Of a DNA stretch of 64,000 nt, positions 33,287 through 43,110 are shown one piece after another. The DNA is from Mycobacteriales bacterium (GTDB taxonomy: Bacteria > Actinomycetota > Actinomycetes > JALYNC01): contig JBBSHH010000002.1 in NCBI GenBank assembly GCA_038253225.1, forward strand, positions 971 to 64,970. Reading direction: 5' to 3'. Both the position numbers and the translations under genes were made by a program. Each line of letters starts with the position of its first letter. Position 1 is the stretch's first letter. The notes under the pieces are model-generated. The model did no database searches and was not told where the DNA came from. It saw nothing but the letters and a program-made list of their open reading frames with translations.

Positions 33287-33997
33287 CTAGCGCGGCCGGA
33301 AGGCTCGGTGCAGCGCGACGATCCCGCCGCTCAGATTGCGCCAGGCGACCCTTTCCCAGCCCGTGCCGGCGATCCGGGCGGCGAGCGCCGGCTGGTCCGG
33401 CCAGGCCCGGATCGACTCGGCCAGATATTCGTAGGCGGCGGGGTTGCTGCTGACCGCACGGGCGATCCGGGGCAGTGCCCGCATCAGGTACTTGGTGTAG
33501 GCGGTGCGCAGCGGCGCCAGCACCGGTGCGCTGAACTCGCAGATGACCACCCGGCCGCCCGGCCGGGTGACCCGCAGCAGCTCGGTCAGGGCAGCGTCGA
33601 GGTCGGTGACGTTGCGCAGCCCGAAGGACGTCGTCACCCCGTCGAACCCGCCGGTTCGCAGCGGCAGGCGCAGCGCGTCGCCGGCGACGAAGCTGACCCC
33701 GCCGACGGCGGCACCGCCGCGACGCAGCGCCCCCGCCCGCAGCATCCCCAGGGAGAAGTCGCAGGCCACCACGCTCGCCCCGGCCGCCGCGATCGGCTCC
33801 GCCGAGGTCCCGGTGCCGGCCGCGAGGTCCAGCACGCGCTCGCCGGGGCGTATCGCCAGGGCGGCGGCGGTGGCTCGCCGCCAGCGCCGGGCCTGCCCGG
33901 CCGAGAGGACGTCGTTGGTCAGGTCATACCGGCGGGCGACCGCGTCGAACATCGCCGCGACGTCGGCGGCGCTCTTGTCGAGGCCGGCCCGGGTCAC
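33287..33997 (-). CDS. menG: Demethylmenaquinone methyltransferase (UbiE/MenG family SAM-dependent methyltransferase)
   Basis: 236 aa. Motif [11 protein letters not shown] is present, and the rest of the protein is UbiE-like (…[39 protein letters not shown]…). Confidence 0.85.
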   Translation of the reverse strand: MTRAGLDKSAADVAAMFDAVARRYDLTNDVLSAGQARRWRRATAAALAIRPGERVLDLAAGTGTSAEPIAAAGASVVACDFSLGMLRAGALRRGGAAVGGVSFVAGDALRLPLRTGGFDGVTTSFGLRNVTDLDAALTELLRVTRPGGRVVICEFSAPVLAPLRTAYTKYLMRALPRIARAVSSNPAAYEYLAESIRAWPDQPALAARIAGTGWERVAWRNLSGGIVALHRAFRPR

Positions 33998-34326
33998 GCC
34001 GGCGGGTCCGTCCGCCGGTCCGCCTCGAGCCGGTCGACGTAGGCGTCCTCCTCCTCCCGGGCGGCGCCCATGCGCCGGCGCAGCCGGCCGGAGCCGGCCG
34101 TGCGGCCGGCCAGCCGCCCCTCGACGGTCCGGGCCATGGCCACCCGTTGCGGCGCGAGCAGCACGTAGCTGATGACGCCCGAGCCCAGCACCCCGAGGAC
34201 CAGCAGCAGCGGGCCGCGCAGCCCCACCAGGCGCAGCACGAGCAGGACGGCGCCGAGCAGCGTGACCCGGGCGACCGTATAGATCAGCACGGGCCGGGCC
34301 CCGGTCGGCGCCGCAGGGGGGTTCAT
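33994..34326 (-). CDS. DUF4229-like small membrane protein
   Basis: 110 aa from ATG ([36 protein letters not shown]…[24 protein letters not shown]…). The upstream 182 aa of the track ORF are junk. The ATG overlaps the Lrp stop. Confidence 0.55.
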   Translation of the reverse strand: MNPPAAPTGARPVLIYTVARVTLLGAVLLVLRLVGLRGPLLLVLGVLGSGVISYVLLAPQRVAMARTVEGRLAGRTAGSGRLRRRMGAAREEEDAYVDRLEADRRTDPPA

Positions 34327-34874
34327 GGCGTCGGCTCCTGCCCGGGCGTGGCGTCGGGTCGGGTCAGCGTACGCCCGCCGATCACCGCGCCCGCGGTCAG
34401 CTGAACCCGGCCCTCCCACCGGGTGGAGAGCACCACGGTGGTCACCGTCCGGCTCACGCCGGGGACCCGACGCAGCACGCCGAGAAGCTGTTCGAGCGCG
34501 TCGACGTCGGGCACCCGCACCTTGACGACGAAGGCCTCCGCACCCGCGACGAACCAGCAGTCCTCGATCTCCGGCACCGCCCGCAGTCCCTCGGCCACGT
34601 CGTCCTGCTCGGCCGAATCCGACTGGGAAATCCCCACCAGCGCCGTGACGCCCAGGCCGAGGGCCGCCGGCGCGACCGCCGCGTGGTAGCCGGTGATCAC
34701 CCCGACGGCCTCCAGCCGCGCCACCCGGTCGTGGACCGACGGGGCCGAGCGCCCGACGAGCCGGCTCAGCTCGGTGTACGTGGTGCGGGCGTTCGCCCGC
34801 AACGCAGCAACGAGCTGCGCGTCGATCCCTTCCAGTGACGACACCGGACCTCCACCGAGTGATGTTCGACACAT
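34323..34874 (-). CDS. Lrp/AsnC-family transcriptional regulator
   Basis: It has an HTH region ([47 protein letters not shown]) and a RAM domain (…[27 protein letters not shown]…). Confidence 0.8.
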   Translation of the reverse strand: MCRTSLGGGPVSSLEGIDAQLVAALRANARTTYTELSRLVGRSAPSVHDRVARLEAVGVITGYHAAVAPAALGLGVTALVGISQSDSAEQDDVAEGLRAVPEIEDCWFVAGAEAFVVKVRVPDVDALEQLLGVLRRVPGVSRTVTTVVLSTRWEGRVQLTAGAVIGGRTLTRPDATPGQEPTP

Positions 34875-34891
34875 AGCAGCTTCAAGCTCGA

Positions 34892-34916
34892 TTGTGAAGG
34901 AACAGCGTCCTTACAA
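34892..34916. promoter_or_regulatory. Imperfect inverted repeat TTGTGAAGGA-N6-TCCTTACAA, 18-42 bp upstream of the Lrp start; candidate operator
   Basis: AT-richer palindromic element in the Lrp / bldC divergent region. The spacing does not fit the Rex ROP consensus. Confidence 0.3.
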
Positions 34917-35275
34917 CCTTCGTTATCCAGGTATGATCCGCACAGAAGGGAGGGGACATGTACACCACTGACATCATGCGCGAGCGGGCCCGTGAGCTGC
35001 GCCAGGCCGGCCGCGCCACGACTGGCGGCCGCCTTCCAGCCGGACCTCGGCGTCGCCGCGGCCTGCGCCTGCGGGCCGACCGGACCCGCTGACGGGGGAA
35101 ACCGCCCCGGGACCGAATCGGAGCAGAACGGGAGCGGCAGCGAATCGCGCTGCCGCTCCCGAGGCATTTCGCCGGTAGACGTCGCGAAAGCGCCCGGCAA
35201 GGCATATCTTCCTCCACAGATACCCTGGCCGTCGGCGGGAACGGGCGAGCCGGGCGAGGCCCCAGGAGGCGTCCC

Positions 35276-35530
35276 GTGCAGACAGACGACCGGCTGCTGA
35301 CCCCGGGGGAGGTCGCCAGCCTGTTCCGCGTCGACCCGAAAACGGTGACCCGCTGGGCCGCCGCCGGGCGCATCAACAGCCTCCGTACGCCCGGCGGTCA
35401 CCGCCGGTTCCGGGAGTCCGAGGTGCGGGCCCTGCTCGGCGGGACGCCGGCCGCCCCGCAGGTCGCGACCCCGCCGCAGCCGCGGGCGGCCGCTGACGAG
35501 GACGCCGACCGGACCGCCGTCAGCCGCTAG
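35276..35530 (+). CDS. bldC: BldC-like small MerR-family DNA-binding protein
   Basis: 84 aa: …LLTPGEVASLFRVDPKTVTRWAAAGRINSLRTPGGHRRFRESEVRALLGG…, which matches the BldC core. Confidence 0.85.
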   Translation: MQTDDRLLTPGEVASLFRVDPKTVTRWAAAGRINSLRTPGGHRRFRESEVRALLGGTPAAPQVATPPQPRAAADEDADRTAVSR

Positions 35531-35581
35531 TGCCCGCGGGGCGACTCGGTCACCACCCGCCGAAGCTCCGCCGCGCGCCGG

Positions 35582-36679
35582 CTAGACGCCCGAGTAGGAG
35601 TGCAGGCCGCTGACGCCGATGTTGATCCAGTAGTAGTCGACCATCAGCGCGGCGAACCCGAGCAGCCCGAGGTAGGCCGCCCGCCGGCCCTTCCAGCCGG
35701 CCGTCGTCCGGGCGTGCAGGTAGCCGGCGTAGACGACCCAGGTGATGAACGACCAGGTCTCCTTGGGGTCCCAGCCCCAGTACCGGCCCCAGGCCGCCTC
35801 CGCCCAGATGGCGCCCGCGATCACCGCGAACGTCCATACCGGGAACGCAAAGGCGGTGACCCGGTACGACGTCCGGTCCAGCGCCGCCGCCGAGGGCAGC
35901 CGGTGGGCCAGCGCGGCGACGCCGGCGGGGCGCCCGGCCGCGACCCGGTCCTCGTAGCGAGCGCGCAGCAGGAACAGCATGATCACCACGCCGCTGACCA
36001 TGAACGTCCCGGTCGCGGTGATCGCTGCCACAACATGGATCTTGATCCAGTAGGAGTTCAGCGCCGGCACCAGCGGGGCGGCCGGCACATAGAGCACGGT
36101 GCCGGCCAGGCCCAGGTAGAGCACCACCGGCAGCAGCACGAACGCGCCGAGATAGCGGACCCGCTCCCGCACGGCCAGCACCAGGAAGGCGGTCACCGCG
36201 ACCAGCGCCACCATCGAGCTGAACTCGTACATGTTGCCCCAGGGCACCCGGTGCGCGGCGAACCCGCGGGCGACGACCGAACCGACGTGCACCGCCCAGC
36301 CCACGACGGTCAGGGCGAGAGCCGCCTGGCCGAGCCGGCCGGGCGGGCCGGCGGCGTCCTCGCTGCCCGGCCGGCCGGCCCCGCGCCCCGGCAACGGCCC
36401 GGCCGGCAGGGTCGAAGTCGCACCCGACGAGCCGGCCGGGACCTCGAACCCGGACCCGGACCGGGACTCGGACCCGGCGGAGCCGACCAGCACCCGGGCG
36501 GGCGCGGGGCCGGCCACCCGCACCGGCACGCTGTCGCCGCGGTCCAGCACCCGGGTCAGCGCGGACCGGCGACCGAAGGAGAACTCGGCGGCGAAGCCGA
36601 GCATCGCCAGCGAGTACGCGACCATGCTCGCGACCAGCAGGTGGTTGCTCAGCGACCCGAACGTGGCGTCGGCGGGCAC
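35582..36679 (-). CDS. ccsB: Cytochrome c-type biogenesis protein CcsB/ResC (heme handling, system II)
   Basis: About 365 aa from GTG (VPADATFGSL…), preceded by GAGGAG with a 6-nt spacer; the GTG lies just after the resB TGA. Motif WGRYWGWDPKETWSFITWVVYAGYLHAR is present (the WWD/heme-binding region). Confidence 0.85.
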   Translation of the reverse strand: MPADATFGSLSNHLLVASMVAYSLAMLGFAAEFSFGRRSALTRVLDRGDSVPVRVAGPAPARVLVGSAGSESRSGSGFEVPAGSSGATSTLPAGPLPGRGAGRPGSEDAAGPPGRLGQAALALTVVGWAVHVGSVVARGFAAHRVPWGNMYEFSSMVALVAVTAFLVLAVRERVRYLGAFVLLPVVLYLGLAGTVLYVPAAPLVPALNSYWIKIHVVAAITATGTFMVSGVVIMLFLLRARYEDRVAAGRPAGVAALAHRLPSAAALDRTSYRVTAFAFPVWTFAVIAGAIWAEAAWGRYWGWDPKETWSFITWVVYAGYLHARTTAGWKGRRAAYLGLLGFAALMVDYYWINIGVSGLHSYSGV

Positions 36680-36692
36680 GGGCTGCTCCTCG

Positions 36693-38330
36693 TCAGTGGT
36701 GCGGGTTGTCGGCGGACCGGCCGAGCGCCGCGACCAGCTCGGCGAACTCCTCGGCAAAGGCGTCGGTGTCGGTGCGGGCCAGGCCACCGACCGAGACGAC
36801 CGTACGCCCGGCGGTGCCGCCGTCGCTCGCCGGGACCGCGCGCACCCATAGCCGTCGGCGTCGCACCCGCAACGAGAGCACCAGCCCGAGCAGGATCGCC
36901 CCGCTGGCGGCCAGCGCCGGGGTGTTGCCGGGATCCGAGCCGACCTGGACGGTGATCCACTGGTCGATGCCGGCGAAGGTCAGGCTGCCGCCGCCGGGCA
37001 GCCGCCAGGTCTGCCCCGGCGCCAGCGTCTTCGACTGGATCCGGCGTAGTCCCCCGGTGCTGAGCTGGTAGACCGACTGCGGCCGGCCGGAGTCCAGCCC
37101 GAGGTCGCCGCGGTAGGCCAGCAGGGTCAGCCGCGGGACGCGCAGCCCGGGATACGCCGACGCCAGGCCGCTCGGGGTGGCCACGGTGGTGGGGGTCAGG
37201 AAGCCGGAGAACCCCAGCTGCGCCGGCCGCGCGTCCGGGACCTTGATCGCGCCCACCGAGGTGAAGTTCTGGTCCTTGGGCAGGAACGGCACCGGCTGGT
37301 CGAGCGCGACCCTGCCGTCGGCGCCGCGGACGGTGACGTGCACCGCGTAGCCGTGGCCGATCAGGTAGACGCTCGCGCCGTCGACCGTCAGCGGGTGGTT
37401 GACCTGCAGCCGGTAGGGCCGCCAGCGGCCGCCGGCACCCTGCGCCGAGGGCAGGTACCGAACGTCCGCGATGAACTGGCGCGCCTCCCCTGAGGGCTGG
37501 TACGAGGCGGTGAACCGGTCCAGCACGAACGCGAACGGCGCCAGCCTCGAGCCGGAGAACAACCGGCCCGGATGGAAGTCGTCGTACTGGGTGACGGTGT
37601 TGGTGAAGCTGCCGCTGGCCTCGTCGCCGGCGACGAGGAGCCGGGTGCCCTTGTAGCCGAACAACCCCCCCATGGCGACGCCGACCAGCAGCCCCACCAG
37701 GGCGACGTGGAACAGCAGGTTCCCGGTCTCCCGCAGGTAGCCCTTCTCCGCGCCGAGGCTGGCGCCCCCGCCGGCCTCGGCCCGGACGTCGGTCCGCCAC
37801 CGCCGGCGCCGCAGCAGCGCGCGGGCCGCGGCCACCGCGGCCTGCGGCGCCGCCTCGGTCTCCCACCCGGCGGTGTGGGGCAACCGCTCCAGATGCTGCG
37901 GCGCCGCGGGCGGCCGGGCCCGCAGGGCCCGGGCGTGCAACCGGATCCGCGGCCCGAGGCAGCCGACCAGCGAGACGAACAGCAGCAGGTAGACCGCGGC
38001 GAACCAGGGCGCGGCGAAGACGTCGAACAGTGAGAACCGGTCGAGGACCGGCGCCAGCCTCGGGTGCGCCGCGAAGTAGTCGGCGACCTGCACCGGGTTC
38101 AGCCCCCGCTGCGGCAGCGCGGCGCCGGGCACGGCGGCCAGCGCCAGCAGGAACAGCAGCAGCAGCGCGGTCCGCATCGAGGTCAGCTGCCGCCAGGCGT
38201 TGCGGGCGGCGGCCAGCGGCTGTCGGCGGCGGCGTGGTGCCGGCGGCGGCGGCGACGGCTGGGTGGACAACCCGCCGGCGACGCGCTCCCGCTCGGTGGT
38301 CAGCTCCCGCTCGGTGGTCAGCTCGGTCAT
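36693..38330 (-). CDS. resB: Cytochrome c biogenesis protein ResB/Ccs1
   Basis: 545 aa from ATG (MTELTTERELTTERERVAGG…). It is ResB-typical (…LFLLALAAVPGAALPQRGLNPVQVADYFAAHP…, VYLIGHGYAVHVTVR…). The upstream part of the track ORF is junk. Confidence 0.85.
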   Translation of the reverse strand: MTELTTERELTTERERVAGGLSTQPSPPPPAPRRRRQPLAAARNAWRQLTSMRTALLLLFLLALAAVPGAALPQRGLNPVQVADYFAAHPRLAPVLDRFSLFDVFAAPWFAAVYLLLFVSLVGCLGPRIRLHARALRARPPAAPQHLERLPHTAGWETEAAPQAAVAAARALLRRRRWRTDVRAEAGGGASLGAEKGYLRETGNLLFHVALVGLLVGVAMGGLFGYKGTRLLVAGDEASGSFTNTVTQYDDFHPGRLFSGSRLAPFAFVLDRFTASYQPSGEARQFIADVRYLPSAQGAGGRWRPYRLQVNHPLTVDGASVYLIGHGYAVHVTVRGADGRVALDQPVPFLPKDQNFTSVGAIKVPDARPAQLGFSGFLTPTTVATPSGLASAYPGLRVPRLTLLAYRGDLGLDSGRPQSVYQLSTGGLRRIQSKTLAPGQTWRLPGGGSLTFAGIDQWITVQVGSDPGNTPALAASGAILLGLVLSLRVRRRRLWVRAVPASDGGTAGRTVVSVGGLARTDTDAFAEEFAELVAALGRSADNPHH

Positions 38331-38332
38331 CG

Positions 38333-39247
38333 TCAGACCGCCGGGGTGAAACCGCTGACGAGCGCGCGGAGGTGGACAGTGAGCGCGTCCCACAGGCCGC
38401 TGACCAGCAGCGCGCCGAGCAGCACCAGCAGGGCGCCACCGGCGCGCATCACCCAGCGGTAGTGCCGGCGGACCACCGCGAACGCTCCCAGGGCGCGCCG
38501 GAACGCCAGGCCGGACAGGACGAACGGCAGCCCCAGGCCGACGCAGTACACCGCGGTGAGGAAGGCGCCCCGCCCGGCGCTGGCGCTGTCGTAGGCGAGG
38601 GTCTGCACGGCTCCCAGCGTCGGGCCTATACAAGGGGTCCAGCCGACGCCGAACAGCACCCCCAGCAGCGGCGCGGAGGCCAGCCCGCCGGGAGGGAGCC
38701 GGTGCACCCGCCACTCCCGCTGCAGACCCGGCAGCCAGCCGAGAAACGCCAGCCCGAGAACGATCGTCACCGCCCCCAGCACCCGGGTGACGACCGCGGC
38801 GTGCACGGACAGCGCCGCCCCGAGACCACCGAAGAGGGCCCCGGCGCTGACGAACACGGCCGAGAAACCGAGCACGAACAGGGACGAGCCGGCCAGCACC
38901 CGACCTCGGCGTACGGCCGGAGCCACCGGGGCCGCCGGAGTCGCCGGCGCGACCGTTGCCACCGCCGTGCCCGCCGAGGTGCCGACCGCTGCGCCCACAG
39001 CCGTGCCGACAGCCCTACCGACGGCGCCGGCGTCGCCGCCGCGGGGATGCGCCGGCTCCGGTGCGGCGGCGAGGTCGGCGCCGGAGAGCCCGGGGTCGGT
39101 GGACAGGTAGCCCGGTACCAGCGGCAGCACACACGGGGACAGGAACGACACCAGGCCGGCGAGCAGCGCGACCGGCGCGGCCACCAGCAACGGGCCGGCG
39201 AGCACGGTGTGCGCGAACGTGTCACCGGTCGCCGCCAGCAGCGTCAC
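38333..39247 (-). CDS. ccdA: Cytochrome c biogenesis thiol-disulfide transporter CcdA (DsbD-like membrane protein)
   Basis: About 304 aa from GTG (VTLLAATGDTFAHTVLAGPLL…), overlapping the resA stop. It has the CVLPLVP motif in TM1 and a second conserved Cys (GWTPCIGPTLG). An Ala/Gly/Val/Thr-rich insert of about 55 aa follows TM1. Confidence 0.8.
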   Translation of the reverse strand: MTLLAATGDTFAHTVLAGPLLVAAPVALLAGLVSFLSPCVLPLVPGYLSTDPGLSGADLAAAPEPAHPRGGDAGAVGRAVGTAVGAAVGTSAGTAVATVAPATPAAPVAPAVRRGRVLAGSSLFVLGFSAVFVSAGALFGGLGAALSVHAAVVTRVLGAVTIVLGLAFLGWLPGLQREWRVHRLPPGGLASAPLLGVLFGVGWTPCIGPTLGAVQTLAYDSASAGRGAFLTAVYCVGLGLPFVLSGLAFRRALGAFAVVRRHYRWVMRAGGALLVLLGALLVSGLWDALTVHLRALVSGFTPAV

Positions 39248-39834
39248 GCCGGGCGCTCCGCGGCCACCCGCAGCACCACCGGCGCGAGCTGGGTGAAGCG
39301 CAGCGGCCCCAGCCCCCGGGCGGCGATCCGGCCGGACCGGTCGATCACGAGCGTGGTCGGGATCGCCTCCGGCGGCAGCGTGCCGCGGAAGTCCAGAGCC
39401 ACCCGGCCGGCCGGGTCGAACAGGCTGGGGAAAGCCACCGCGGACGTGCGGAGAAAGGCCTGGGCGGCGGCTCGCGAGTCGCGCACATTGACGCCGACGA
39501 CATGGACGCCGCGGGGTCTCAGTTCGGTGGCGAGGCCCTGCAGGCCCGGCAGCTCGGCCCGGCACGGGCCGCACCACGATCCCCAGAAGTTCAGCACGAC
39601 CACCGTGCCGCGCAACGAGCTCAAGGAGAACGCCGCACCGTCGAGCAGCCGGCCGCGCACCGACGGAGCTGCCTTGCGGTCGGCGGCCGCCACCGTCCGC
39701 AGCGTACCGGCGCCGGCGATGTACCGGCGGTCCCCGTTGCCGCGGTCCTGCGCGACCGCGTTGCTGCGGGTGCAGGCCGACGTCAGCACCGCAAGCGCAG
39801 CGAGCCCGGTCAGCGCAGCCCGCCGGGCCGGCAT
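39244..39834 (-). CDS. resA: Thiol-disulfide oxidoreductase ResA/TlpA-family thioredoxin lipoprotein
   Basis: Starts at M25 (MPARRAALTGLAALAVLTSAC, with a lipobox). It has a WCGPC active site (VVLNFWGSWCGPCRAELP). The alternative start is 39906. Confidence 0.85.
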   Translation of the reverse strand: MPARRAALTGLAALAVLTSACTRSNAVAQDRGNGDRRYIAGAGTLRTVAAADRKAAPSVRGRLLDGAAFSLSSLRGTVVVLNFWGSWCGPCRAELPGLQGLATELRPRGVHVVGVNVRDSRAAAQAFLRTSAVAFPSLFDPAGRVALDFRGTLPPEAIPTTLVIDRSGRIAARGLGPLRFTQLAPVVLRVAAERPA

Positions 39835-39931
39835 CCGGCCCGGTCGGGGCCTGGACGAGCGAGGGGGCACGACGGTCTCCGGTGAGGGTGCGGGTGGTCG
39901 GCCCATTCTCGCCCCGCCGTGGCTGCCGCGC

Positions 39932-40576
39932 TCACGCGCCCGGCACCGCCGGCCGGCGGGCCGCCGGCCCGGCCGGCTCGGAGTAGGTCACCGAGACGAC
40001 CTCGGAGCCGCGATAGGTCAACGAGGTGAGGCTGGCCAGCCCGCACTGACGATGGTCCGGCCGGTGCCAGAGCCGTCGCCCCTCCACCGCCCGGCGGGTC
40101 ACCCAGATCGGCAGCTGGTGGCTGACGCAGACGACCTCGCCGCCGGGGTAGGCATCCCGGGCGGCCGCGACGGCGGCGAGGACGCGGGCGGCGATCTCGG
40201 CGTAGGGCTCCCCCCAGGACGGGGTGAACGGGTCCCGGAGGTGCCGCCAGGTCGCCGGCCGGCGCAGCGAGCCGTCCCCGACGCCGAACGTCGCACCCTC
40301 AAAGACGTTCGCGGCCTCGGTCAGCCGGTCGTCGACCACCACCGACAGGCCGAACGCCGCGGCGACCGGGGCGGCGGTCTGGCCGGCCCGCTCCATCGGC
40401 GAGGAGATCACCGCCGCGACCGGCCGGTCGGCGAGCGCGGCGGCTGCCGCTCGGGCCATCCGCTCCCCCGCGGCGGAGAGCCGGAACCCCGGCAGCCGGC
40501 CGTAGAGCACGCCGCCGGGGTTGTGCACCTCGCCGTGCCGAAGCAGGTGCACGGTGGTCGTCGACGCCGCGCTCAC
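39932..40576 (-). CDS. Histidine phosphatase family protein (phosphoglycerate mutase-like)
   Basis: It has the RHGE motif ([11 protein letters not shown]), and the protein is 214 aa. It overlaps the hemL stop. Confidence 0.8.
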   Translation of the reverse strand: MSAASTTTVHLLRHGEVHNPGGVLYGRLPGFRLSAAGERMARAAAAALADRPVAAVISSPMERAGQTAAPVAAAFGLSVVVDDRLTEAANVFEGATFGVGDGSLRRPATWRHLRDPFTPSWGEPYAEIAARVLAAVAAARDAYPGGEVVCVSHQLPIWVTRRAVEGRRLWHRPDHRQCGLASLTSLTYRGSEVVSVTYSEPAGPAARRPAVPGA

Positions 40577-41892
40577 GCCGCGTCGGCGGGGGCGGCGGCG
40601 GCGGCGCGGGCGGCGGCGGGGAGCGCGGCGGCGATCCGGTCCAGGACGGCGGTGTCGTGTGCGGCGCTGACGAACCAGGCCTCGAACGCCGACGGCGGGA
40701 GGTAGACGCCGGCGGCCAGCATGGCGTGGAAGAAGGCCGGGTACCGGAACGTCTGCGCCGCGGCGGCTCCGGCGTAGTCGACCACCGCCGCGTCGGTGAA
40801 GAACACCGAGAAGAGGTTGCCGGCTGCGGCCACTCGGTGCGCCACCCCGGCCTCGGTGAGCGCGTCGCTGACCAGCGCGGCCACGGTCAGCGCCGTCGCA
40901 TCGAGGTGCCGGTAGAGGTTGTCGTCGCAGGCCCGCAGGGTGGCGAGCCCGGCGGCGACCGCGACCGGGTTCCCGGACAGCGTCCCGGCCTGGTAGACCG
41001 GCCCGGCCGGGGCCAGCCGGCTCATCACCTCGGCCCGGCCACCGAACGCGGCGGCCGGCAGCCCGCCGCCCATGACCTTGCCGAACGTGAACAGGTCAGG
41101 GGTCACCCCTTCGAGCCCCCACCAGCCGGCCCGGCTCACCCGGAACCCGGTCATCACCTCGTCGAGGACGAGCAGGGCCCCGTCGGCGGCACACAGCCGG
41201 GCCAGTCCGGCGTTGAAACCGGGCAGCGGAGCCACCACGCCCATGTTCGCGGCCGCCGCCTCGGTGATCACGCAGGCGATCGCGCCGGGATACCGCTCGA
41301 ACGCCGCCGCGACCGCGTCGAGGTCGTTGTAGGGCAGCACGATCGTGTCGGCCGTGGACGCGCCGGTGACCCCCGGGGTGTCCGGCAGGCCGAGCGTGGC
41401 CACCCCGGAGCCGGCGCTGGCGAGCAGCGCGTCGACGTGCCCGTGGTAGCAGCCGGCGAACTTGACCACCTTGGCCCGGCCGGTGAACCCGCGGGCCAGC
41501 CGCACGGCGGACATCGTCGCCTCGGTGCCGGAGTTGACCAGCCGCACCTGCTCGACCGCCGGCACCCGCCTGATGATCTCCTCCGCCAGCTCCACCTCCC
41601 CCGGCGTCGGCGTGCCGAAGCTGGTGCCGGCGGCGACCGCCCGCTGGACGGCGTCGACCACCGCCGGGGCGGCATGGCCCAGGATCATGGGTCCCCATGA
41701 GCAGACCAGGTCGACGTACTCGCGACCGTCGGCGTCGGTCAGGTACGCGCCGCGACCGGAGAGCATGAACCGCGGCGTGCCCCCCACCGCCCGGAACGCC
41801 CGGACCGGGGAGTTCACCCCACCGGGTGTCACCGCGCCGGCCCGCTCGAACAGCGCCGCGGACCGCGGGGCGACCGCGCCGTCTGCCGTCAT
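40573..41892 (-). CDS. hemL: Glutamate-1-semialdehyde 2,1-aminomutase
   Basis: 439 aa from ATG ([38 protein letters not shown]…). The PLP lysine region [10 protein letters not shown] is present. The track ORF's N-terminal 198 aa are junk. Confidence 0.9.
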   Translation of the reverse strand: MTADGAVAPRSAALFERAGAVTPGGVNSPVRAFRAVGGTPRFMLSGRGAYLTDADGREYVDLVCSWGPMILGHAAPAVVDAVQRAVAAGTSFGTPTPGEVELAEEIIRRVPAVEQVRLVNSGTEATMSAVRLARGFTGRAKVVKFAGCYHGHVDALLASAGSGVATLGLPDTPGVTGASTADTIVLPYNDLDAVAAAFERYPGAIACVITEAAAANMGVVAPLPGFNAGLARLCAADGALLVLDEVMTGFRVSRAGWWGLEGVTPDLFTFGKVMGGGLPAAAFGGRAEVMSRLAPAGPVYQAGTLSGNPVAVAAGLATLRACDDNLYRHLDATALTVAALVSDALTEAGVAHRVAAAGNLFSVFFTDAAVVDYAGAAAAQTFRYPAFFHAMLAAGVYLPPSAFEAWFVSAAHDTAVLDRIAAALPAAARAAAAAPADAA

Positions 41893-41950
41893 GCCGGCAT
41901 CCTCGCAGGGGGGCCGGCACCGGTCGGCCCGTCGAGGGCCAACCGGCCGG

Positions 41951-43051
41951 TCAGGCGTAGCGAAGCAGCGCGCCGACGCCGTCGGGGAGGGCGGCGGCGT
42001 CCTCCGGCGCCAGCAGGTGCAGCGCGGCGCCGGTGCCGGCCGCCGCCCGCAGCAACACGTCGGCGAGTGGCGCCTCGGTCGCCGGTACTCCCAGTCCGGC
42101 CAACGTGTCGCGGTCGAGGGCGACCGCCGTCGGGTCCGGACCGAACCAGCCGGTCCGCTCCGCCAGGCCGGTCGCGGCCACCAGCAGCGTGCCGACCTGC
42201 GCGCGGGAGAGCGCCGCAGCGGTGGCGGCGGCTCCCTCCGCCGCCCGATCGCCCTGGCCGCGCTCCTCGGCGTAGCGCTGGAGCAGTGCCGCGGCCCGGG
42301 CCCGGACCTCCGCCTGCACCTGCTCGGCGACCTCCCGGGAGCGAACCGCCGCCGCTCCGTCGACGTGCCGACCACCGCCGGTGTCGAGCCGCCGGGCCAG
42401 CGGTCGAGTGCGCTCGGAGAGGTGCTCGAGCAGGAAGCCCTCGGCCCGCACGTCGCCGGTGACGAGCACGAGCTCCGCGCCGACATCGGCTACCACCCGG
42501 TCCACGACCGCGGCCGCCTCGGCGGCGTTGTGCTCCCACGAGTCCTCGGCACGGTGTTGGAACCGCAGCTGGGACCAGCCGCCGGGGGCGCTGCGCTGGA
42601 TCTCGTCGTTGGAGCCGGTGATCTCCTGCACCAGCACCGGCTCGCGCCCGTCGTCGTAGGCGGCGATGTCGGCGCCGGTACGGTCCACCGCGACCACGAC
42701 GTGCCGGAGCCGGGTCTGCGCCCAGGCGAGCAGCGGGCCGGCGTGCGGCAGCGGGCCGGCGTGCGCGGCGTCGGCGATCGCGGCGTCCTCGACCCGCAGC
42801 CGGAAGCGGACCTTCCCGCCGGCGGCGAAGGCGACCAGCGCGGCGTCACCCGGCCGGGCGCTGCCGACCTCGGCGTCGAGCGCCTGGAGCGTGTCCGGGT
42901 CGGTGCCGGCGGCGGCCAGCCGGCCGCGCAGCCCCCGCCACCGCAGCTCGAGGTGCCGCGCGGCGTTCTCCACCCGGCCGGTCAGGTCGAGGTAGACGGT
43001 GGCGAACGGGCCGCTCTCGGCGTAGAGCCCGGCGACGTCGGCGACCTGCAT
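41951..43051 (-). CDS. Hypothetical protein, bacterial eRF1-like (Rv2629/Vms1-type release-factor-fold) family; assignment tentative
   Basis: 366 aa: …[24 protein letters not shown]…[16 protein letters not shown]…[33 protein letters not shown]…. Confidence 0.4.
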   Translation of the reverse strand: MQVADVAGLYAESGPFATVYLDLTGRVENAARHLELRWRGLRGRLAAAGTDPDTLQALDAEVGSARPGDAALVAFAAGGKVRFRLRVEDAAIADAAHAGPLPHAGPLLAWAQTRLRHVVVAVDRTGADIAAYDDGREPVLVQEITGSNDEIQRSAPGGWSQLRFQHRAEDSWEHNAAEAAAVVDRVVADVGAELVLVTGDVRAEGFLLEHLSERTRPLARRLDTGGGRHVDGAAAVRSREVAEQVQAEVRARAAALLQRYAEERGQGDRAAEGAAATAAALSRAQVGTLLVAATGLAERTGWFGPDPTAVALDRDTLAGLGVPATEAPLADVLLRAAAGTGAALHLLAPEDAAALPDGVGALLRYA

Positions 43052-43110
43052 AGGGCTGTCCTCCCGTAGGTTCGGCGGCTGGTTCGGCGGCCCGCTCCGG
43101 CCCGCTCGGG

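Noticed and set aside
34892-34916. Rex operator upstream of Lrp/bldC
   Set aside because: The half-site-like arms are separated by 6 nt with 10-bp arms, not the N4 spacing of the ROP. It was recorded as a generic candidate operator instead.
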